In this document: positions 35,132-45,234 of the stretch, in pieces
Layout of the letters: each line of letters starts with the position of its first letter
How positions within the stretch are numbered: position 1 is the first letter of the stretch
DNA from: a virus
Virus record (IMG/VR): IMGVR_UViG_3300032236_001082
Span: 32,001 to 96,000 of that record
Strand: one strand, 5' to 3'
DNA length: 64,000 nucleotides
Notes under the pieces: model-generated
What the model saw: only the letters and a program-made list of their open reading frames with translations
What the model was told of the DNA's origin: nothing
The model's database searches: none
Program-made: the position numbers and the translations under genes

Positions 35132-36199
35132 TTACTTCTTTAGTGCAACCTTAGCCTTTGGATTGGCCTTGTTCCACTTAGTAGCAAGAGCGTTGTACTC
35201 TGCCTTGTATGCTGCTGCAGCGGTTGCTGCTGCTGCATCTGAAGCTGCCTGCGCTGTTGCAAGTGCTGTTGCCTTGTCTGCTGCTGCCTTAGCTGTTGCA
35301 TCTGCAAGAGCCTTGTCTGCTGCTGCCTTGTCTGCTGCACGACCAGCAACTACTGTTGCAAGCTGTGAGTTGAGTGAAGCAATCTGTGCGTTAAGCGATG
35401 CAATTGCTGCATTAAGATCTGATACAGCAAATGTTGCTGCTACTGACTTAACTGCTGCTGGAAGACCAGTTGCTGAGTTAGCAATTGATGCATCTGTTGC
35501 AACTACGGTAATGTTACCAGCCACTGCTGTAGCAAGTGTTGCTGACTTTGCACCCAATACGAGTGTTGAATCTGCTGTGACATCTGCTGCTGTTGCTGTT
35601 ACAAGTGACTTTGTAAGTGAAAGATCAGCAAATGTTGAACCAATTACTGTAACAGAAATTGTCTCTCCACCGACTGAGTTGCCAAATACGTCCTTTGCAG
35701 AGACTGCAATTGAAGGAGCAGTACCAACTGCTGTTGCTGAAGGTACAGAAATTGCAATGTTATTTGCTGCTCCTGCGATACCCTTAATGTAAACAATTGT
35801 TGAGTACGCACCATTTGTAATGGTTACTGAACCAGTTGTTGTAGTTGTTGAGTATGCATAAACGGTTGCTGCAACACCTGTTGATGTTACTGAAATTGAT
35901 GATACACCTGAAGCAACTGACTTTGGAGCGTCTGTTGTGTTAAGTGCTGATACAAGCGATACACCTGATGCTGTAAATGTTACAACTGTTCCTGTGTCTG
36001 CTGTTGCTGCAAGTGCAACTGAGTGACCTGAGTCAATCACGTTTGAAGATGGCACTGCTACTGTTGTAGGAGCTGTTGCCGTTGTAGCGTTTGCAGAACC
36101 CGCAACTGTGATTGCGAGAGGTGCTGCCTGCGCTGATGTAGCCACAATAGATGATACAGCGATAATTGCTGCACCAAGGATTGATAGTTTCTTGTTCAT
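35132..36199 (-). CDS. Secreted Ala/Thr-rich Ig-like surface (S-layer-like) protein
   Basis: Signal peptide, DVFGNxV Ig motif, C-terminal coiled coil. Confidence 0.7.
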   Translation of the reverse strand: MNKKLSILGAAIIAVSSIVATSAQAAPLAITVAGSANATTATAPTTVAVPSSNVIDSGHSVALAATADTGTVVTFTASGVSLVSALNTTDAPKSVASGVSSISVTSTGVAATVYAYSTTTTTGSVTITNGAYSTIVYIKGIAGAANNIAISVPSATAVGTAPSIAVSAKDVFGNSVGGETISVTVIGSTFADLSLTKSLVTATAADVTADSTLVLGAKSATLATAVAGNITVVATDASIANSATGLPAAVKSVAATFAVSDLNAAIASLNAQIASLNSQLATVVAGRAADKAAADKALADATAKAAADKATALATAQAASDAAAATAAAAYKAEYNALATKWNKANPKAKVALKK

Positions 36200-36218
36200 T
36201 GTATTCCTTTTCTGTTGG

Positions 36219-36464
36219 TTATTTTCCTAGGTTTTTACCCAATAGCTTAGGTAAATCTAACATGCCCTGCTTTAGGGCTGCCAACTCATTCTTGAGCTTG
36301 GCATTTTCTTTGCGAAGATCATTCGCAATAGACTCTATTCTATCACATTGTATTTGTTTTGTCTCTATAGCCTCAATATACCAGCTTAATTTTTGCTGAG
36401 AATCGTGATATAAAGCTTCATAATCAATCTTATCTTTATTACTCTTGAGTAACTTAATTTTCAT
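36219..36464 (-). CDS. Coiled-coil hypothetical protein
   Basis: ORF track. Confidence 0.55.
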   Translation of the reverse strand: MKIKLLKSNKDKIDYEALYHDSQQKLSWYIEAIETKQIQCDRIESIANDLRKENAKLKNELAALKQGMLDLPKLLGKNLGK

Positions 36465-36469
36465 AACCC

Positions 36470-38314
36470 CTACAATATTGTAAAATTGTCTACGAAGCCA
36501 GTTTCTGAATCAGGCTCTTCGTCTTCTATACCAAGATAATCTTTTAGACTGGCTGGCATATACTTAATATTAGGAGCTTTAATGGTGTTATCCTGCTTTG
36601 TTTCTGATGGGCTCCCGACCAAATCTTCATCAAATGCGTCATAGGAGTAGACTTGAAGTTCTCCATCTCCCTTTGGTGTTAATGATATCGCATTAAAAAT
36701 TGCACCGCAAGTTGCATCCGCAAGGTCTTTTGAACCTTTGCGGGGGTGATCAACCTTATCTTTTTTAACAATTCTTAGCTCAAGCAACTCATCAATAATT
36801 AAAGGTAACCTTGGGCCCGTCAATCTTTCTTCCATTACGCAAAGTAGCATATCTTCGTAATGCTTTTTGGCTACAGATAGAACTTCGCAATTCATTCCAT
36901 ATGACTTTAATTGTTCCATCATATCAAATGAATTCCAACGGTCAAATGTAACCCTACGTATATTAAAGCCTCTTTGTTTTAAACTAATTATGTAATTCTT
37001 TACATCTGTAAAATCTACTGACTTTTCTTTTGTAGGAGTCCAATATCTAATTGCATCAACCACAACATATGGCTGAGCATCGGTATACGCACCAGATAAC
37101 TTCATCGTTACCCATTTATCTACGTGTGCCATAGATACAGCACAGTGGTCATGCTTTTGAGCTAAGTCAACGTGTATATAATATGATTTTTCTGGATCTG
37201 GTTGAAACCATTCCTTGAAAGCATTGTTTTCATCAAGAGCTATATTTAAATTACTAAATGCAGTCTCAACCTTTTCACGGGAATGGAACAGAGCGTCAAT
37301 AGCTTCAGGAGGCATACATGCAAAACGAGATAGGGCATCTATGGGATCTGAATAAAAGTTCATGGCTAAATCTTCAATTTTAATTGTGGGATTGATTTCC
37401 CATGTAGGACGCTTTAATGCAAACACTCTAGGTACATTATAGTTAATAATGTGGTCTTCTTCCCACTCAATTGAAAATTCATTACCTTCCGTCCCGTCTG
37501 GCAAATCTTCGTCAACCTTAAATGTGTGTGTGCGAATAACTACTTCTTTATCAGCAACTACTTCATTATATCTTTGCTGAATGTAATCGTTCTTAAATCG
37601 TGGAAAAGAAAGCAAAATAACTTTGCCGAACTGTGGGAATCGTGAATCTACAGAACCTCTAAACATCTTATAAATAGCAGCAGCAGTTTTTGCTTGCTCG
37701 TTACCACTTGTAGAGTCTAGATCAAAACCAGAAATTTCATCAAGCACTGCAAACAGAAGGTTATAACCTTCCCAAGATTCTCTTTGTGAGTGACCAGAGT
37801 GAACTGTGATCGCCTTATCAAAAGCAATGCTACCCATCTTTGCTTCATACTTACCATCAAACCAACGACAACGTGTGATTCTATTTTTAAATCCTTTAAA
37901 GAAAACTTGTTGAGCCTGAATTGCGTTAACCGCAACGTTGATGATATCAATAGAATCGCCTGGTGGCTTGCCGTAGTATCTAGCTGGATCCTTGAGGCAA
38001 AGCAATAGATAAACTACATATGAACAGGCAATAGTAGAAGTATAGTCTTTTCCTGAGCCCTTACCCAATTGGAATATAACTTCATTACAGGTTTGACCCC
38101 AGCGTTTTGCGCCTTCAATCTCACCGTATAATTTAATTAATGTTTCTTTTTTATAAATTTGAGTTGAGGCTTTAATCATTTGATATTGATATTCTGACAA
38201 AGGAGGCAAAGCAAGATAATCTTTTGAAGTAACAAACTCCTCAATCTCTACTGGAGTTTCTTCAAAAGCATCTTCTTCCAATGCCCCCAAAAAATCGTCA
38301 AAATCTAAATTCAA
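36470..38314 (-). CDS. terL: Terminase large subunit
   Basis: GKGSGKD Walker A, VLDE Walker B, HVDLA, DHP..GSKD..D nuclease motifs. Confidence 0.9.
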   Translation of the reverse strand: MNLDFDDFLGALEEDAFEETPVEIEEFVTSKDYLALPPLSEYQYQMIKASTQIYKKETLIKLYGEIEGAKRWGQTCNEVIFQLGKGSGKDYTSTIACSYVVYLLLCLKDPARYYGKPPGDSIDIINVAVNAIQAQQVFFKGFKNRITRCRWFDGKYEAKMGSIAFDKAITVHSGHSQRESWEGYNLLFAVLDEISGFDLDSTSGNEQAKTAAAIYKMFRGSVDSRFPQFGKVILLSFPRFKNDYIQQRYNEVVADKEVVIRTHTFKVDEDLPDGTEGNEFSIEWEEDHIINYNVPRVFALKRPTWEINPTIKIEDLAMNFYSDPIDALSRFACMPPEAIDALFHSREKVETAFSNLNIALDENNAFKEWFQPDPEKSYYIHVDLAQKHDHCAVSMAHVDKWVTMKLSGAYTDAQPYVVVDAIRYWTPTKEKSVDFTDVKNYIISLKQRGFNIRRVTFDRWNSFDMMEQLKSYGMNCEVLSVAKKHYEDMLLCVMEERLTGPRLPLIIDELLELRIVKKDKVDHPRKGSKDLADATCGAIFNAISLTPKGDGELQVYSYDAFDEDLVGSPSETKQDNTIKAPNIKYMPASLKDYLGIEDEEPDSETGFVDNFTIL

Positions 38315-38316
38315 GA

Positions 38317-38826
38317 TTAATCCTTTTTGTGACTATATACGACAAAAGTGATTGTTCTTCTTTCATCAGTCAGTGTTGTTCTTGTGCCATGTGGCAGATC
38401 TGATCTGTGAATTACCATATCTCTTTTGTTTGGATGAACCTCTACGCCCTCTTCTGGGTAATAAAGGTCTCCGCCTTCAAAATCAGTAAGATAAATTACT
38501 CCGCCCCACTCTTTGTTGTAACCAGACGTATCTGGGTTTGCATCATCACGATGTACATAGAAATGGTACCCATATGGAACCATCCAGTGAAGGAATAAAT
38601 CTGCCCAATGACCTGAGCCTTCTAGCAACTTATTAACCTCGTCAATACATTCCTGTAAAACTGGAGTACCAATTAGATAAATGTTATCTTCTTTTCTAAG
38701 GTGAAGGGAGCCTTCTTCTGAATTTTCAGAATCTATTCGTAATCTATCGCATAGGTCTTCACTTAAAAAATTACGAAAAATATAAGAACCATCTAAAACT
38801 TTTTCTGCTTTACTAAAATCAATCAT
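38317..38826 (-). CDS. 2OG-Fe(II) oxygenase
   Basis: HRD, YLTDFEGGDL, HGT...R. Confidence 0.85.
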   Translation of the reverse strand: MIDFSKAEKVLDGSYIFRNFLSEDLCDRLRIDSENSEEGSLHLRKEDNIYLIGTPVLQECIDEVNKLLEGSGHWADLFLHWMVPYGYHFYVHRDDANPDTSGYNKEWGGVIYLTDFEGGDLYYPEEGVEVHPNKRDMVIHRSDLPHGTRTTLTDERRTITFVVYSHKKD

Positions 38827-39427
38827 TAGCTTCCCAATCCCATGTATTTTGATCTCCGTTTTCTTTAATAAACTCTGCATAGATATCGTCATGATTTTTC
38901 CAAATATAAAATGTCATGGCATATCTATCTTCAGATTGTACTCTATTTACAAAATGCCATATGTTTGCATCATGTAAAACAAGGTCACCCTTTTTACCTT
39001 TATACTTAACTCCAATATCAGGATAAACTAGATCCCCGCCTTCAAAATCATTTAAATACAAGACACCAGCATAAAATAATCTACCTTCTGCATTAAAGTC
39101 TCTTCCCTTCATGCTATCTTCATGAGGTCCCCAGCATTTGTTATACTGCACGTTGGTGATGCACAAATCGCTGTACTTGACTCCTGGCCCTGGCTTCAAA
39201 AGATTATTTAATAATTCTTTTTCATCTTCCATAGGCTTGCCTTCTGCCAAGATTTTAACAAAAGTATCTACTTTAGGTATAACATAAGAATTGTGTTGGC
39301 TAGAACTTTTTGATTTATCCATAGTAATGCCACACTGCTCATCAGAAAAAGCGTTATGAAAAACATAAACCATGTCATGTATTTTTTCAGCTTTACTAAG
39401 ATCAACTATATCAATAGCATAATTCAT
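38819..39427 (-). CDS. 2OG-Fe(II) oxygenase
   Basis: HED, YLNDFEGGDL, HFV...R. Confidence 0.85.
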   Translation of the reverse strand: MNYAIDIVDLSKAEKIHDMVYVFHNAFSDEQCGITMDKSKSSSQHNSYVIPKVDTFVKILAEGKPMEDEKELLNNLLKPGPGVKYSDLCITNVQYNKCWGPHEDSMKGRDFNAEGRLFYAGVLYLNDFEGGDLVYPDIGVKYKGKKGDLVLHDANIWHFVNRVQSEDRYAMTFYIWKNHDDIYAEFIKENGDQNTWDWEAND

Positions 39428-39433
39428 CTTTAC

Positions 39434-39961
39434 CTATTCCTCCATCTTTATTGTTTCTACCCTGCCAGTGGCTTGGGATAGTCTTCTTGCAACTTCTTGC
39501 TTACAGTTGGGACAAGAAGACGTTACATCTCTAAGTATACCAACTAATATTTCTTGCTTACGTTCTGTCTCTAAAATTTGATCTGCCATCTCATTTTTTT
39601 CAAGAACACCAGCTTTTTGCAACATGTCAATTCTTTTACCTTCAACATCTGCAATTAACTTTAAAGATTGAGCTTTTACGTTTAAAGCCTCTTGTTCATC
39701 AGCTTGACCTACTGTATTCCAAGCTTCTTTAATAATCATGGAGTAATGCTGATCAGCAGCACCCAGAGCTTCTCTAGCTCTTTCACGAATACCAGTGTCG
39801 CCTTGCATCAACTCACGCCAATTAGATAGCATTTGGTTAACTTGAATTGGTTTTAAAGAAAAAGATTTTGCAATTTGGTTCACGTTGTTGCCCTTAATAA
39901 ATTCAGCAACTACCTTATTCATTTGCTCAAAGTGATCAGACAGCTCTACGACATTATCCAT
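39434..39961 (-). CDS. HTH protein, candidate terminase small subunit
   Basis: N-terminal HTH-like segment, helical body, upstream of terL. Confidence 0.5.
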   Translation of the reverse strand: MDNVVELSDHFEQMNKVVAEFIKGNNVNQIAKSFSLKPIQVNQMLSNWRELMQGDTGIRERAREALGAADQHYSMIIKEAWNTVGQADEQEALNVKAQSLKLIADVEGKRIDMLQKAGVLEKNEMADQILETERKQEILVGILRDVTSSCPNCKQEVARRLSQATGRVETIKMEE

Positions 39962-40144
39962 TTATCTACCATTGTCCGTTTTATAGAAGCCAGAGCCTTT
40001 AAACTGTATCCCTGCTGGAGTGTAAACACGCACCATCTTATACCCACATGATTGGCAGGGTGGGATAACCTCTGGATCATTAAACGATCTTGTTACTTCT
40101 TTAGTTTCTTCACACTCAACACAAGTGTATTCATATACTGGCAT
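39962..40144 (-). CDS. FmdB-family zinc ribbon protein
   Basis: MPVYEYxC..C...C..CG..M.RV.....FKGSGFY.TD. Confidence 0.9.
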   Translation of the reverse strand: MPVYEYTCVECEETKEVTRSFNDPEVIPPCQSCGYKMVRVYTPAGIQFKGSGFYKTDNGR

Positions 40145-40146
40145 AC

Positions 40147-40293
40147 TTACCTCTTCTTTAATATTCCATGCTTTTCAAGATAACGCTGAATTGTCATATG
40201 ACTGCATCCAGCTTCTTTTGCTATAGTAACGATATCTTTTCTTTCAACAACATATCGTTTATATAACCAATCTTTTGACTCATAAAGCTTCAT
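40147..40293 (-). CDS. Small HTH protein (48 aa)
   Basis: Hand-translated LY.SK.WL..RY.....IAKE.GCS..TI.RYL..HGI. Confidence 0.7.
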   Translation of the reverse strand: MKLYESKDWLYKRYVVERKDIVTIAKEAGCSHMTIQRYLEKHGILKKR

Positions 40294-40810
40294 TTGCTGC
40301 CCACCATGCTATTGCCGTTGCATCAGAGACATTATCACTTTGAACCTCAACGCCAAGCGTTCTAGCAAAATCCAATGTTCTTTGCTTTCTTCTCTCACGA
40401 ATTTTTCCTTTGATCCAAGTATCAGATTTTCCTGGGAACTCGGCTCGGATTGATTCTTTTTGAGCTTTTGTAAAATTGGTGTTACCGATATAACTTTGCC
40501 ATTTAATGGGATGGACTTCAACAACTTTAGTATCATCATCCATCAACTCTCCCATTATTGTTCCAAACATATAAGCCATCTTTAATCCCGTAGCAACAGA
40601 CTTTACAGATACGGCAGCCTCTATACATATTATATCATATTTTAGTTTACTTTTAATTGCTCGTACTTTTCGTTTAGCATCTAAGATTCTTTCATAAACG
40701 CTAGCCCCATGAAAAGTTATTTCTCCCCACTGAACTGGCTTTTTGCCAACCATCAAACAGAATGCAATAGAGTTGGTACTTGAGTCTATACCAAGTACCC
40801 TAGTTGCCAT
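40280..40810 (-). CDS. ruvC: RuvC-like resolvase
   Basis: VLGIDSST, IE, WQ, DN.SDA..IA. Confidence 0.8.
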   Translation of the reverse strand: MATRVLGIDSSTNSIAFCLMVGKKPVQWGEITFHGASVYERILDAKRKVRAIKSKLKYDIICIEAAVSVKSVATGLKMAYMFGTIMGELMDDDTKVVEVHPIKWQSYIGNTNFTKAQKESIRAEFPGKSDTWIKGKIRERRKQRTLDFARTLGVEVQSDNVSDATAIAWWAANEAL

Positions 40811-41081
40811 TTAACATCTCCAAAAGACTCTGACGTTCCTGCTCTTTTTCTTTAGCCCTACAAACTTCACAAGTGGTATTAACAGTAAACTTGTTAAGTA
40901 CCTGGTTGCATCCACGGTTAGCGCAAATAAACTTTTCTCCTGCCAGCCTAGCTTTTTTATAATAATACTTTTCTTTAATCTTTAAATTAGTAGCTATCTT
41001 GCAACATTCGTCACAGCAGTACTTTTGATTATGAGTTCTTGGCTCAAAAGGGTTTTCGCACCCTTCTCTTGAACATATCAT
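40800..41081 (-). CDS. Cys-rich Zn-finger protein
   Basis: C...C...F....HNQKYCC..C. Confidence 0.7.
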   Translation of the reverse strand: MICSREGCENPFEPRTHNQKYCCDECCKIATNLKIKEKYYYKKARLAGEKFICANRGCNQVLNKFTVNTTCEVCRAKEKEQERQSLLEMLNGN

Positions 41082-41860
41082 AAAGCAGTCTCCATGGCTG
41101 GATACTCTACTTCTCCCTCATCGTTCTTCATGTCTTTCCAGCAAACCTTTTTAACTGGGCAGTACTTGCATGCGGTTTGAGATTTAGTAAATGCTCTATT
41201 TGGCAAAGTTTCAGCCAGATAAAGATCATACACTCCACGAAGCCAATCAAATACATAGTCTATTAACTTTGTATTCTCATCGTCCATTTGGATATTTATA
41301 AGAAGAAGAGATTGATCGTTTTTGTTTTCATAAGCAAAGACACCTTGCTTGTATCCCCAAATTTTCATATAAGATAGCAATTGTATTCTATGGTTATCCG
41401 AAGGCTGCAGATCGTATTGCTTAATTGAATACTGCTCATCCTTGGCTGATTTAATTTCAAAAGGAATCAACAGATCATTTTCTATATCTTGAATTAAGCT
41501 ATCCATATACCCATGGATAGGGGGATCTTGGTACCATGTATCTATTTCATGAGCAATAACTTTATAGTTACCATTCATTTTGCTCATTCTAGATTGAATT
41601 CGATCATGAACAAAGTTTCCATTTTCCATGGCAGCTTTTGCTGAAGGCCCTGCGTTATCTTCAAACTCAGCACCGTTAAAAGCTATGTACCAATATCTTG
41701 CACATTTGCCATGCCCATAACCAAGTGTACTTGGAGAAAAAGTTTTCTTTTCAGTAAACCCAGCCTTGCTTTCATAAGTATCGTTAAACTCTTGAATAAA
41801 CCTTTTGGTATCAAAACCATTAGGCTTCTTATGAATCTGTAGTGTTGTTATGCTTCCCAA
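41078..41860 (-). CDS. Cas4-like PD-(D/E)XK exonuclease
   Basis: SPS...C.R, G...H, G..D, EIKS, Q..SY, C.YCP....C. Confidence 0.85.
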   Translation of the reverse strand: MGSITTLQIHKKPNGFDTKRFIQEFNDTYESKAGFTEKKTFSPSTLGYGHGKCARYWYIAFNGAEFEDNAGPSAKAAMENGNFVHDRIQSRMSKMNGNYKVIAHEIDTWYQDPPIHGYMDSLIQDIENDLLIPFEIKSAKDEQYSIKQYDLQPSDNHRIQLLSYMKIWGYKQGVFAYENKNDQSLLLINIQMDDENTKLIDYVFDWLRGVYDLYLAETLPNRAFTKSQTACKYCPVKKVCWKDMKNDEGEVEYPAMETAL

Positions 41861-42187
41861 TTAAACCCCATATCTAGCTGAGTACTTTAGGGCATCAACT
41901 AACTTGTCTACTGCTTCTGCTGCTGTGTAATATGCGTTCTTTTTCTTTGAAGACTCCCCACCCTTTTCAAAGGTGGTATAGTATCTAGCTTGGATAGCAA
42001 ACTTAGAACTTATTGCTTGAAGCTTTACTATTAGGTCTGGGGCTTTGGCAGATGGAACATCTGGCTTAGCTATTAGCTTAATAATAAGAGCCATTGCTTC
42101 ATCTAAATCTTTATCCTGCATGTATTCAGATAAATCATTAAATTCAGTTACTGCACTTATTTGCTCTAAAACTGTTGTCTCTGCCAT
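41861..42187 (-). CDS. Hypothetical protein
   Basis: ORF track. Confidence 0.7.
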   Translation of the reverse strand: MAETTVLEQISAVTEFNDLSEYMQDKDLDEAMALIIKLIAKPDVPSAKAPDLIVKLQAISSKFAIQARYYTTFEKGGESSKKKNAYYTAAEAVDKLVDALKYSARYGV

Positions 42188-42193
42188 TTTATA

Positions 42194-42658
42194 TTACTTT
42201 AGCCCGTCCTGAATCATTTCTTCTAGCTCTTCTGGAGCTAACTGTGGATCATAATTTCTAACTGCTTCATTCTGAAAAACTAAAAACTTTTCAAAATTCC
42301 AACTGATATCTTTTATTCCAACAGCATCTTTAAGGTGCTGATAGATCGGGTGAGTATTTTCTCCATTAACATCAATTTTTGAAGCAAGTGTAAATGTAAC
42401 ATCAAAGTTAGTATGACAGAATTCTTTAATTTCAGCATCAGAACCTGGCTCTTGTTCAGCAAATTGATTGCATGGGAAACCAATAACTACAAATCCTCTA
42501 TCCTTGTATTTCTTATACAAAGACTCTATACCAGCATACTGCGAAGTCAATCCACACTTGCTTGCTACGTTAACAATAAGAATAATCTTATCTCTAAAAT
42601 CATTCATGCTAACTGTGTTACCAGAATTATCTATAAAAGTATAATCATATATGCTCAT
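42194..42658 (-). CDS. gpx: Glutathione peroxidase family protein (Cys type)
   Basis: NVASKCGLT, GFPCNQF, WNFEKFL. Confidence 0.93.
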   Translation of the reverse strand: MSIYDYTFIDNSGNTVSMNDFRDKIILIVNVASKCGLTSQYAGIESLYKKYKDRGFVVIGFPCNQFAEQEPGSDAEIKEFCHTNFDVTFTLASKIDVNGENTHPIYQHLKDAVGIKDISWNFEKFLVFQNEAVRNYDPQLAPEELEEMIQDGLK

Positions 42659-42671
42659 TTATTTTCCTTTT

Positions 42672-43469
42672 CTATTTATTTCTATAGTATTTTGGGTCTT
42701 GCCAAGATGATTTAATTCTTTCTTCTTCCATCTTTTGCCAGACTTCCTTGCCGTACTTCTTTTCATTATCTAACCATTCTGGAGAGCCTTTATATTCCCA
42801 GAACCAAAACATCCTTAACAAATACTTATTACCAGTCTTAATCTTAAAAACACCATGATAATAGGGATCGCCTGAAGGAAATACAGTTATATCACCTGCT
42901 TTTGGTTTATATACAATTGTATCACCAGTTGTATCATCTAAAAATGAAATCTCCCCACCTTCATAGTTGTCATTAATATAAAGTGTAAAGGTTATAATAA
43001 ACTTATTACCAGGGCTATCCTTATCATATTCATGGTTGTCCGTATGAAAATTCATAGCATATGGCAAGCTATCATCTGACACATCATATTTCAAGAAAGA
43101 AATTCTTCCATCTTCCCACCTTGAATCTTCAAGGTCCCAAGTCTCAATATAATCTGGCCATTGCCCTACTGTTGACCAATCATCCATGTAGTCTTTTGTA
43201 ACTTTATAAAAAACATCATAGATTTCATTAATCATTTCTTTTTCTTCAAAATTAAAAGTGCCTGGCTTTTCTTCATTTTTTGTAATTGCTTTGGCAATTC
43301 TTTTTTTATCTTCACACATAGTCCCAAGATTAGACCATTTGCCCCAGCTTGTTCTATGATATGTTTCTGGAAGAGATTCAGTTTTTTTAATAGTCTCAAA
43401 CAAACTATTAATATCTTTAAAACAATCTCTATAGACCATTATCTTAGGCTTTAGTTGCTGTTTATTCAA
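42672..43469 (-). CDS. 2OG-Fe(II) oxygenase (P4H-like)
   Basis: HTD, YINDNYEGGEI, HGV...K. Confidence 0.88.
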   Translation of the reverse strand: MNKQQLKPKIMVYRDCFKDINSLFETIKKTESLPETYHRTSWGKWSNLGTMCEDKKRIAKAITKNEEKPGTFNFEEKEMINEIYDVFYKVTKDYMDDWSTVGQWPDYIETWDLEDSRWEDGRISFLKYDVSDDSLPYAMNFHTDNHEYDKDSPGNKFIITFTLYINDNYEGGEISFLDDTTGDTIVYKPKAGDITVFPSGDPYYHGVFKIKTGNKYLLRMFWFWEYKGSPEWLDNEKKYGKEVWQKMEEERIKSSWQDPKYYRNK

Positions 43470-43773
43470 TGTTATTATTTTCCCAACACTCTACCATTTG
43501 TTCAAACAAAGCCCATTCAATTACAGCTAATCTAGTTTTCTGACCAGTTTCACCAAGTATAAGTTTAAGAACTGGATACTTTTCTCTAGAAACTTTAAAC
43601 GTATCTGTGCAGATCTTTGCCCAAATTTCTTTACTGATGGAGATTGATTTTGAATACTCTTTATAGTCAACCACAAAATCATGCCATGTAGAATCTCCTT
43701 TTTGGTATTGCCCCCGACCAGAGTTCTTCTGTGCTTTTGCGCCATCTCGTTTTATTTCCCCACGCTCTGACAT
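43462..43773 (-). CDS. PD-(D/E)XK Holliday-junction-resolvase-like protein
   Basis: E, NSGRG..KGD, VDYK. Confidence 0.7.
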   Translation of the reverse strand: MSERGEIKRDGAKAQKNSGRGQYQKGDSTWHDFVVDYKEYSKSISISKEIWAKICTDTFKVSREKYPVLKLILGETGQKTRLAVIEWALFEQMVECWENNNIE

Positions 43774-43953
43774 GTTATCCTAACTGATGTTCTGATCTAT
43801 GACCTTGTGAGCATAGCCAAAAAAACATAGCTTTATTTTTATCCCACCAAGCATGGTCCATATCTTCTTTGCAATACTTACATCCGTATGTGCCGAATAT
43901 CTTTTCACAACCTGGCTGATCTTGATTTACAAAATTACTAAATTTTCCCATTA

Positions 43954-44289
43954 TTATTTTTTATAGAATGGGCTGCTGTAATCTATATAGCCCACCTCTA
44001 GATTTCCTCTCGTACATTGGAACCCAAGTGCATCATCAGGTTTAAATCCATCATCTTCATACATAAGTTCAAAGCCAAACTCATCAGTTTCTCTGTTATA
44101 TGTAACGCACATAGCACTACCATTATTTGTTATAAAATCATTTGGCCAAACTTGCTCGTTAAGCAGTTCGTCAAACATGGAAGCTGGAACTGACAGCTTG
44201 CCGTTATGTTTTAATATAGCAACTAAAGCTGACGTAGCTCTGAGTCTTTGGAATACTTCTTCTAGCTGAGATTGATCTGCTTCTTTCAC
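43954..44289 (-). CDS. Hypothetical protein
   Basis: ORF track. Confidence 0.6.
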   Translation of the reverse strand: MKEADQSQLEEVFQRLRATSALVAILKHNGKLSVPASMFDELLNEQVWPNDFITNNGSAMCVTYNRETDEFGFELMYEDDGFKPDDALGFQCTRGNLEVGYIDYSSPFYKK

Positions 44290-45233
44290 TTTACATCTAC
44301 CCCATCAATATAAATTTCTTTGTTGACAAATAGTGGAGGATTTGGGTTATTTACATCTGGGGTGTTACCCTCAAAAACAACCTGTCTTCCTACCGAGCCA
44401 GAATCAACAACATTCTTAAGTCTTTCATTTTCTATCTCTAAAAATCTTGTTGGCCCGTAGATACGTATTCCATCCATCCACTTTTGAGTTATTGGTAGTC
44501 TAAGTATAGCAAATGTTCTTATAAAAATTTTACTCTCATCAGAAGTGACAGCCCTAGCACCATGCCAATAAGGTCTACCTGCGGGGAACACTGTTATATC
44601 GCCAGCTTTTGGCTTGTACACAATAAGACTTTTATTTTCTTCATCTACAAAGTCTATCTCACCGCCTGCATAATCATCGTTTAGATAAATTGTATAAGTT
44701 AATATCTGCTTGGGTCCTGGCTCATCATCTCTATGATTATGCCAATCAGTGTGAACTCCAATAGTGTATTTTGAATCAATGTTTTTTCTATGCTTTAGAA
44801 TTTCTAAAGTAGAAAGAACCATTTCATCGTCTTCTGTAGTTCCAATTGACCAATCATTAATTTTATAGGGCCATCTTCCAGACTCCGCATAATCTTTACA
44901 GTAGTCATCATGACATTTTAAAATAGCATCATTAAGCAACCTAAACCCTAAAGCCTGATTATCTTGCTCATCATTAGAGTTTGGATATCCCCAAATGCTT
45001 CTTGATCCATAAGTGTACCAAGGAGCCCAAGTAAATATAAGTGAACCATCTTCTCTTTTTTGTGGTTGTGGACCATGCTTATCTAAATAAGCTGAATCAT
45101 CTGGATTCGCATAGTCCATACCGCTAATAGATTGTTCTGAATTGCGAATTTCTTTTAATAGTAAAGCCAAGTCATCCTCAGAGAATGCTCCCCGATAAAC
45201 AGTAACTTGATCCATCACATTAATCTTTTGCAT
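44286..45233 (-). CDS. 2OG-Fe(II) oxygenase (P4H-like)
   Basis: HTD, YLNDDYAGGEI, HGA...K. Confidence 0.88.
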   Translation of the reverse strand: MQKINVMDQVTVYRGAFSEDDLALLLKEIRNSEQSISGMDYANPDDSAYLDKHGPQPQKREDGSLIFTWAPWYTYGSRSIWGYPNSNDEQDNQALGFRLLNDAILKCHDDYCKDYAESGRWPYKINDWSIGTTEDDEMVLSTLEILKHRKNIDSKYTIGVHTDWHNHRDDEPGPKQILTYTIYLNDDYAGGEIDFVDEENKSLIVYKPKAGDITVFPAGRPYWHGARAVTSDESKIFIRTFAILRLPITQKWMDGIRIYGPTRFLEIENERLKNVVDSGSVGRQVVFEGNTPDVNNPNPPLFVNKEIYIDGVDVK

Positions 45234-45234
45234 G

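Noticed and set aside
41078-41860. Cas4 as evidence of a CRISPR-Cas system
   Set aside because: No array or other cas genes; sits in a recombination module as a solo phage exonuclease.
42194-42658. Selenocysteine Gpx or stop-codon recoding
   Set aside because: Active site is Cys; genes are full length in the standard code and no suppressor tRNA was seen.
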